DNA of 64,000 nt, taken from assembly GCF_009914755.1 (NCBI RefSeq), contig NC_060938.1. One strand, given 5' to 3'. Positions within the stretch are counted from its first letter, which is position 1, and each line of letters starts with the position of its first letter. The notes below the pieces were generated by a model that worked only from the letters and a program-made list of their open reading frames with translations, did not search any database and was not told the DNA's origin. Position numbers and translations under genes: made by a program. Below, in pieces: positions 53,942 to 64,000 of the stretch. This DNA comes from the human T2T-CHM13v2.0 reference genome, Homo sapiens.

Positions 53942-55446
53942 GCTGGGAGAATATGCACATCCATTCGTTTTACCTCTTTAGCAATCTTGTGAAGGAGATT
54001 CTTAGCATCCCCATTTTGCAGCTGAGAAAAACTGAGACTGGGAGGTTAAGTCCCAAGGTCACAGGACCGACAGGTGGCTGAGAGAACCCTGGCATTCCAG
54101 CTGCCAGTCAGGCACTCCCTGGTTGTCTACACTAGCTGCCGTCTTCCTGGGCACACACAGAGGAATCAGCACACACCCGGTACACCCTCCCATGAGCAGA
54201 ACTCCTACACACTGGCTGGTACCATACCCTCCCTAACACCAGCACCCGTAGCAAATTCTTTCCAGGGCCAGCCAAGCCCTACTCCCCTTTGTTAAAGGCA
54301 GCTTTCCTCAGAAGGGTGAGCATTTGTTGTCTCAGGGCCTGCAGTGTGGATTCTACCTTCTTTTTACTGTGTTCAGCAGGAGCGAGGCAAACCAGCTTGG
54401 GATAGAAACACAGGCGTTTCCTCCACTGTCAGGGTTTTCCTGGGGCAGGCATCTGAGTTACTGCCTGGACCCGGTAGCCCCTAGCAACAGGGCACCACTC
54501 TCACCTGGGCCATTTATGATGACTTTGGGAGGTGGAGCCAATTAGGGGGCAAAGCAGGGATCCCCACAGGTGGGAGTGGCAAAAGAGTGGAGGCTTGAAG
54601 TCCAGGAAACCCCAGTGTATGCCTCTGCTGCTAAGGAGCCGTGTGGCCTTGGGCAAATCACTATCCCCTTCTGAGCCTGGGGCTCCACATCTACATAGTA
54701 AGGGAAGTGGCACTCATGTTCCTTCCAGTTCACACACAGTCCCACATGCTACTAGACCTAGGTTAAGGCAAGGTCTGTGCTATCAGGTACTACCATAGAC
54801 ACAGAAACCGGGGGAGACTCTGCCACCATTATACCCACCCACCCCAACCCTCAAGTTCCCAGCTCTTCCTGGGAAAACCGACAGACAACAGGCCCATGTA
54901 GGCAGAAGAAATCAACATGAGGGGTCTCAGTGCCTAGAGAATAGACTTAGAATGAGCCCAAAGTGGAAGGGAGAACCAAAGAGTTTCCCTCACTGCCACA
55001 TTTGGCACTCCTGCTCCAGGGAATCCAGCACTGAGCTAGAGACAGGATGCTGGGTTCGCCATTCAGGATTCGTAGGTGAGGCCACAGCCATTTCTGCTTT
55101 CGGGGCCTGTAACTGGTGGAGAGAAACGGGTGATAGCATCTGTGGCCTTCCTGATTCATAGGTTTATCCCAGCATGAGGCGTGGCTGCTGCAAAGCAGAC
55201 ATGTCCATTTCTGTCCAGACACAGTTGGGGCGGGCAGTGGGTGGCTGCAGCCTGTCCTTACATGGGGCTAAAGGGGCCCAGCCACTTAGTGACTCACCCA
55301 CTTGCCCAGCCAGCTGAAACCCTGGCCTCACCCTTCCCTTCTGCTACCTACAAAAGCCCCCTGACATAGCACTCTTGTCATACTGAGACTAAGGTAGAAA
55401 AAGACACTTCCAAAGGGTGTCAATGACAAGAGAGAAATAGACATAG

Positions 55447-55923
<477 letters not shown>

Positions 55924-56201
55924 TGATCTTTTGGGGCTGTCATCCTTCTCTCAGTCTGCCAGTAACTGGGATCCTGGCATTTATCCTGGAGGTCCCTGAA
56001 GGTCCAAGAGGGAACAGAGGAAATCTGATTGGCACAGGTGTGGTGACGTGAAGCAGGTGGTGGCTTTTAGGACTGGAGGTCTGGTGTAGGGTGTATTAGT
56101 GAGGAGAGCATGGAGGGAGGAACTCACCAGGAAAATTGCAGCCAATTTCCAGCGGTCAGGAATTGAAGATCCAGCAGAGTACGGAATCAGCTCCTCCAGA
56201 G

Positions 56202-56781
<580 letters not shown>

Positions 56782-56971
56782 CTCTGGAAAATAGAGGAGT
56801 GGAGACCAAAGTGTGCCCTTTGTGTATGTGTCGGCAGTGGGGTGGGGGTGGGGGTCTCTGTCCTACCATTTGGTTGCAGCACCCCAGGAGTGCCTGTAGG
56901 GGAACCACTGACCTCCACTTTTCCATACGCTTCACACCTTCACACCGAAATGTGCTCCATTCCCTTTGCTA

Positions 56972-57265
56972 TTTTTTTTTCTTTTCTTTTTTTTTTTTTT
57001 AGACAGAGTCTAGCTCTGTCGCCCAGGCTGAAGTGCAGTGGCACGATCTCGGCTCACTACAACCTCTGCCTCCTGGGTTCGAGTGATTCTCCTGTCTCAG
57101 CTTCCTGAGTAGCTGAGACTATGCCTGGCTAACTTTTGCAGTTTTAGTAGAGACGGGGTTTCACCATGTTGGCCAGGCTGGTCTCAAACTCCTGACCTTA
57201 GGTGACCTGCCCACTTCAGCCTCCCAAAGTGCTGGGATTACAGGCGTGAGCCACCTCACCCAGCC
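56972..57265 (-). mobile_element. Alu (S-type)
   Basis: TGCTATTTT on both flanks. Confidence 0.93.
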
Positions 57266-57579
57266 TGCTATTTTCATTAGGAGGAAAAGAGGGATGGTAG
57301 CTTTCATCCAGATCCCCCATCTTCAGAATGTTTTCAACTTTCCCCAGAACCTCCACAGCGTTAAGTCAGTCAAAATCCTTGGATGGACCCTTCCAAGTAG
57401 CAAGGGCCACCCTGTCCCCTTTCCCCTGGCCATGAGACCACGCAGAGCGCAGGGGCCGGAGTCAGAAAGGGCAGTTTGGCCCCTGGGCAGTCTCCTGAGA
57501 GTCTTTCTCCTCCCAGTTTCTACTATTTGGCGGAACCTTGAATGCAGGGGGGCGGGACAGAGAAAAAACTAGAAAGCTC

Positions 57580-57800
57580 GACTTCTGCCTGCGGGGCCGG
57601 AAGCCCCGCTGCGGCCCCAGCCCGCGGTTAGCCCCTGTTTGTCATTTTGCAAATCTGGTCAACCCACCTCCGGTGAAAACTCCCAACCTCACCCCAGGGG
57701 GCAATGACTAATTACAAAACACATTTTCTCTCGTTTTCGTCAAGCTCGCTGTCCCGCCCACACATCCCCCGCCTATCCCGGCACCCGTCGGCTTCCTCAG
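57580..57800. promoter_or_regulatory. CpG-containing, motif-dense candidate enhancer
   Basis: CCGGAAG, TTTGTCATTTTGCAAAT, TGACTAATTA, GC boxes in unique DNA. Confidence 0.4.
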
Positions 57801-58502
57801 GAGCCTCACTCAACTGTGTTGAATGAACTCTTGGCCTGGTCCCTCCCCCAGAGACTTCACACCGTGGGGTTCTTTCCTCCCTGCTCAGCTTTACTTTCAC
57901 TTTCTAGTCACTCTCACTTCTCTGTCAGCTTCAGCTTCTCACCCTAGAGCTTGAGCCCTGGTCCTTTCTTAAGGCAGGGGCTATTGCCCAAGTCCTGGGC
58001 TGCACCCAATTCGTCAAAAGTCTCGATTCATCAATAGTCAAAAATATTTATCAAATGCATTCTGTTCCAGGCTCTAGGAATGCAGTGCAAGACAGGCAAG
58101 GTTCTTGCTCATACAGAGCTTCTAGAAACCTGGGATACAGAGATGCAATCAAGTGATAAAACACATGGATGAAGGCTCTGCCATTGAACACATGGTTCTT
58201 GACAAGCCCACAGAGAGGCACAGCTAAGCCAGCCCTGGGGAGCCAGGGAGGGTTCCCTGGAGGGAGAGAAGCTGGATCCAGGTCTGAAAGATGACTTGAA
58301 GTCAGCCATGAGCAAGGAAGAGATTTTCCAGGCCAAGCGAACAGCCTGTGAGTGGTGCCATTTGGGTGAGGCTGGCTGGAGCTCACAGGGTGGGAGGGAG
58401 TGCAGGGAGCTGGGGTCCCCAAAGGTGGAAAGAAGCCAGACCCAAAAGGACTTTGAAATTCTGCTCAGCCATTTGGATTTTGTCCTGAGGGTGATGGAGA
58501 GC

Positions 58503-59393
<891 letters not shown>

Positions 59394-59486
59394 ACAGCCA
59401 TGGAAGGGCCTCAAGCCAGAGAGACATAATAAATGGAAGTGGGAGGCAAGACTGGACAAAGAGAGACCCGTCAAGAGTTTGTTACA

Positions 59487-59776
<290 letters not shown>

Positions 59777-60184
59777 GAGTTTGGTTGTTGCAGTGGGAAG
59801 ATGTGAATGGACATGAGAGATATATTTAGGAGACAGGATTGTGGATATGGAGGTTAGAGGAAAGGAAGAAGGGAAGGATGACTCCAGGTTTCCTGCACAA
59901 ACCATGGTCCCCCCTGTTCCCTACAGGAGGAAGAGTTGGAAGAAGAAGAGCGATAGATAGAGAGAGGAGACAACAAGGTCCCTCTGGGACAGGCTGAATT
60001 CCAGATGTCTGTGGGACACTAGGCCATTGGCTATGGTGGTCTGAGACCCTAAACAGGGGCCTGGGATAGGGTTTTAGACTGGTCACCATGTACACACGGA
60101 GGCAGGGTATAGAGTGAGAAGATGGGATGATTGAAAGGCCTGGGACACGAGCCAGGGAAAGGCAGGATAGAAATGACTGGCAGA

Positions 60185-60485
60185 GGCTGGGCACGGTGGC
60201 TTACGCCTGTAATCCCCACACTTTGGGAGGCCGAGGTGGGTGGATCACTTGAGGCCAGGAGTTCAAGACCAGGCTGGCCAACGTGGAGAAACCCCATCTC
60301 TACTAAAATACAAAAAATTAGCGGGTCATGGTGGCATGCACCTGTAATCCCAGCTACTCAGGAGGCTGAGGCAAGAGAATCTCTTGAATCCTGGAGGCAG
60401 AGCTTGCAGTGAGCTGATATCACGACACTGCACTCCAACCTGAGCGACAGACCAAGACTCTGTCTCAAAAGAAAAAAAAAAAAAA
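60185..60485 (+). mobile_element. Alu (S-type)
   Basis: Full dimer with A tail. Confidence 0.95.
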
Positions 60486-61896
60486 GAGGTGACTGACAGA
60501 GAATGACCCCAGCAAAGGACCAGAGAAGGAGCAGTCCACGGAGGACCACTTGGAGAGGGTGGGTGGGGGGAAACCCAGCTCACAGGAGAAGGTGTGGCCG
60601 ATGGTGTGGCATGCTGCTGAAAGGCCAGGTAGGTGAGAACAGTGGTGAGCACTGTTTCAGTGGTGGTGGTGGCGGAGGGAGAGTGACAAAAAGCATTTGG
60701 TTCTGAGCCTGGGAGTAGCAGGCTGGGGGAGGAGCCTAAGGCTAGGCCGGCTCTCAGGAGCAGTGTGGGCCCCAAATATCCTCTTCTGTGATCTTTTTAC
60801 CTTTTGGCAAAGTGTTATTTAAATGTATTTAAATCTTTTAAGGAAATATTTCTAATTTTGTGCCAAAATAAAGCACTGTAAATCCTAGCCACTGTTCCTT
60901 TGCTTCCCCAGGGGCCGCAGTGACTGTGTCCAGTCCTTCCTCACCCCGCTGCAGAGTCAGTCCAGGAGGCCTTTACCCACAGCACTGCCACCTCCCTCCA
61001 CGACCCCTGTCTTTCTCTTCCCCAGATTAAACGCTCCCACTTCTCTCCATTCTTCTTTCTCCACCCCCAGGCCCATTTCTGCCTCGGTTGCCTGCCTCCA
61101 ACCACAATCCAGTTTTTTGGCTCCCAGAGACAGACATGCCCAGATCTGAACACCGCCCACCTGGGTATGTTCTGCCAGTGTGCAAGGTGGGGCCCTCCAG
61201 GCCCTCTCCTCCCCTCCCTTTTTCTAGATGCCATTTCCTGCTAAAGCCACCTCTCCCATGGCTATAAACTACCTTCAATCAGGGCACGAACTCTAGAGCA
61301 GAAGAGAACCTGAGATTCTTTAAAACATTCTAGTTTAATGTCCTCGTTTTACAGATAAAGAAAATGGGTACGGCCAAGACCATAGAGCTAGTGATTGTCA
61401 GATGAACAATTAGACCCACAGAACCATCCAAGCTACAGAGGACGCATTCTGCCTTCCCTTGGATCCTGTGGTTTGAGGATGGAGGTCTAGGACCGTGGCA
61501 GGCTTTTTGTCCCATGAGGGAAGGCCATGGAGCTGAGGAAGGGGAAGAACACACACACCTAATGGAATCTCGAGAGAAAGTTCAGACATCAAAAGACAGA
61601 AGCGACAGAGACCCAGGTCTGTGGGGACGCTGTATGGCTGGGTCAAGTCTTGATCAAAGTCAGCATTATATCTGGACTTGCACAGTTTCTGAGCCTTGAA
61701 ACTCCATTTCGTTTAAGTGAGCTTTTAACTGTCACAGGCAGCTGCATGCACACACAAGTCCATGTGATTAGATGTTTCCAAGAGTCTGGAATAACATACC
61801 CCAAACTGTTAATAGTGGTTACCCTATAGAAGGGGAGTAGGAAGGTGTGTGTTGGGGTGGAGGATGGTTTGCCAACTGGAAACTCACTCCAGGCTA

Positions 61897-62511
<615 letters not shown>

Positions 62512-63030
62512 GAGAGATGGGGAAATGGAAGATATAGGGGTTACATCACCTGCTCAAAATTATGCTGCAAGTAAGTGGTGACACTGGGGTTTGAACTGAG
62601 ACAGTCTAGCTTCAGGTGGCCGCATCCTTCCCACTGCATTCTCCTGCCTCTCTAGCTCCCTCAGTGGGCTGCTGGGTCCCAGGCCTTGGGCTGGCATGGA
62701 TAATCCCTTCATGCTCCCCTTGTCACTAAACCCCCCCACCTCACCTGCCAACACACACACAACCACCTGGAGCCCCTGCCAGTGTTTCCTCTTCCTCCCA
62801 CTTGGCATGTTGAAGACCAGAATCACTCCCCTTTCACTCCCCACTTCATCCCACCTGGGAAAACAGGACCCTGCCGGCCAACTCAGAGCCCCACAGGGTT
62901 GCATTTTAGGTACCGTTTACATTTTCTTTAAGCCCTGTTCACATTCTCCATTCACATTGGGAAAAATATAAAGGGTTAGTATCCCCAGCATTGATGAGGT
63001 TCTAAGGCAGAGGGTACGCAGGTGGGACTA

Positions 63031-63635
<605 letters not shown>

Positions 63636-63847
63636 GAGAATGCACATACTCTCTCCATTCTTCCTCCATGCGTACGCCCATTTCTGCCTTGGTTGCCCAC
63701 CTCTGACCACAATCCAGAACTAACCACTCCACTTTTAGGAAAGTATCCTACAGAAATAGCTCAACAAGTACACTGGCTACAGCATTCCTGTAAATGGTCA
63801 GAGGCCATGGAACTCCAACAGCTGCCAAAAGGAAAAAAGTAGCTCTG

Positions 63848-64000
63848 GGCCAGGCATGGCGGCTCACACTTGTAATCCCAGAGCTTTGGAAGGCCAAGGC
63901 AGGAGAATTGCTTGAGGCTAGGAGTTCGAGACCAGTCTGGGCAACATATTGAGAACCTGTCTGTGCAAAAAAAATTTAAAAATTAGCGAAGTGTGGTGGT
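63848..64000 (+). mobile_element. AluJ-like (runs off the window)
   Basis: Left arm and linker. Confidence 0.9.

Overview
Primate (almost certainly human) genomic DNA from a GC-rich, very Alu-dense region: about 60 Alu elements or fragments counted by eye, plus MIR, L2, L1 and CR1 fragments, MLT1/LTR33/MER4A LTRs and hAT-Charlie relics. I can support no protein-coding gene, RNA gene or CRISPR array; the long ORFs derive from repeats or low-complexity DNA. It reads as intergenic or large-intron sequence with candidate cis-regulatory elements: an ~8.5 kb Alu-free block (12.7-21.2 kb) with several RFX X-boxes, two ARE motifs and a possible minus-strand first exon; a GATA/TEAD/MEF2/E-box module at ~36.0 kb; a small CpG-rich element at ~43.1 kb; a CpG island with a perfect MARE palindrome at ~52.5 kb; and a motif-dense element at ~57.7 kb. 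Retrotransposition oddities include one target site reused repeatedly and closely inverted Alu pairs. I could not identify the locus and see no convincing new biological system. Repeat boundaries were read by eye (roughly +/-10 bp for Alus, looser for old repeats), and subfamily names are recalled from consensus sequences, not searched.
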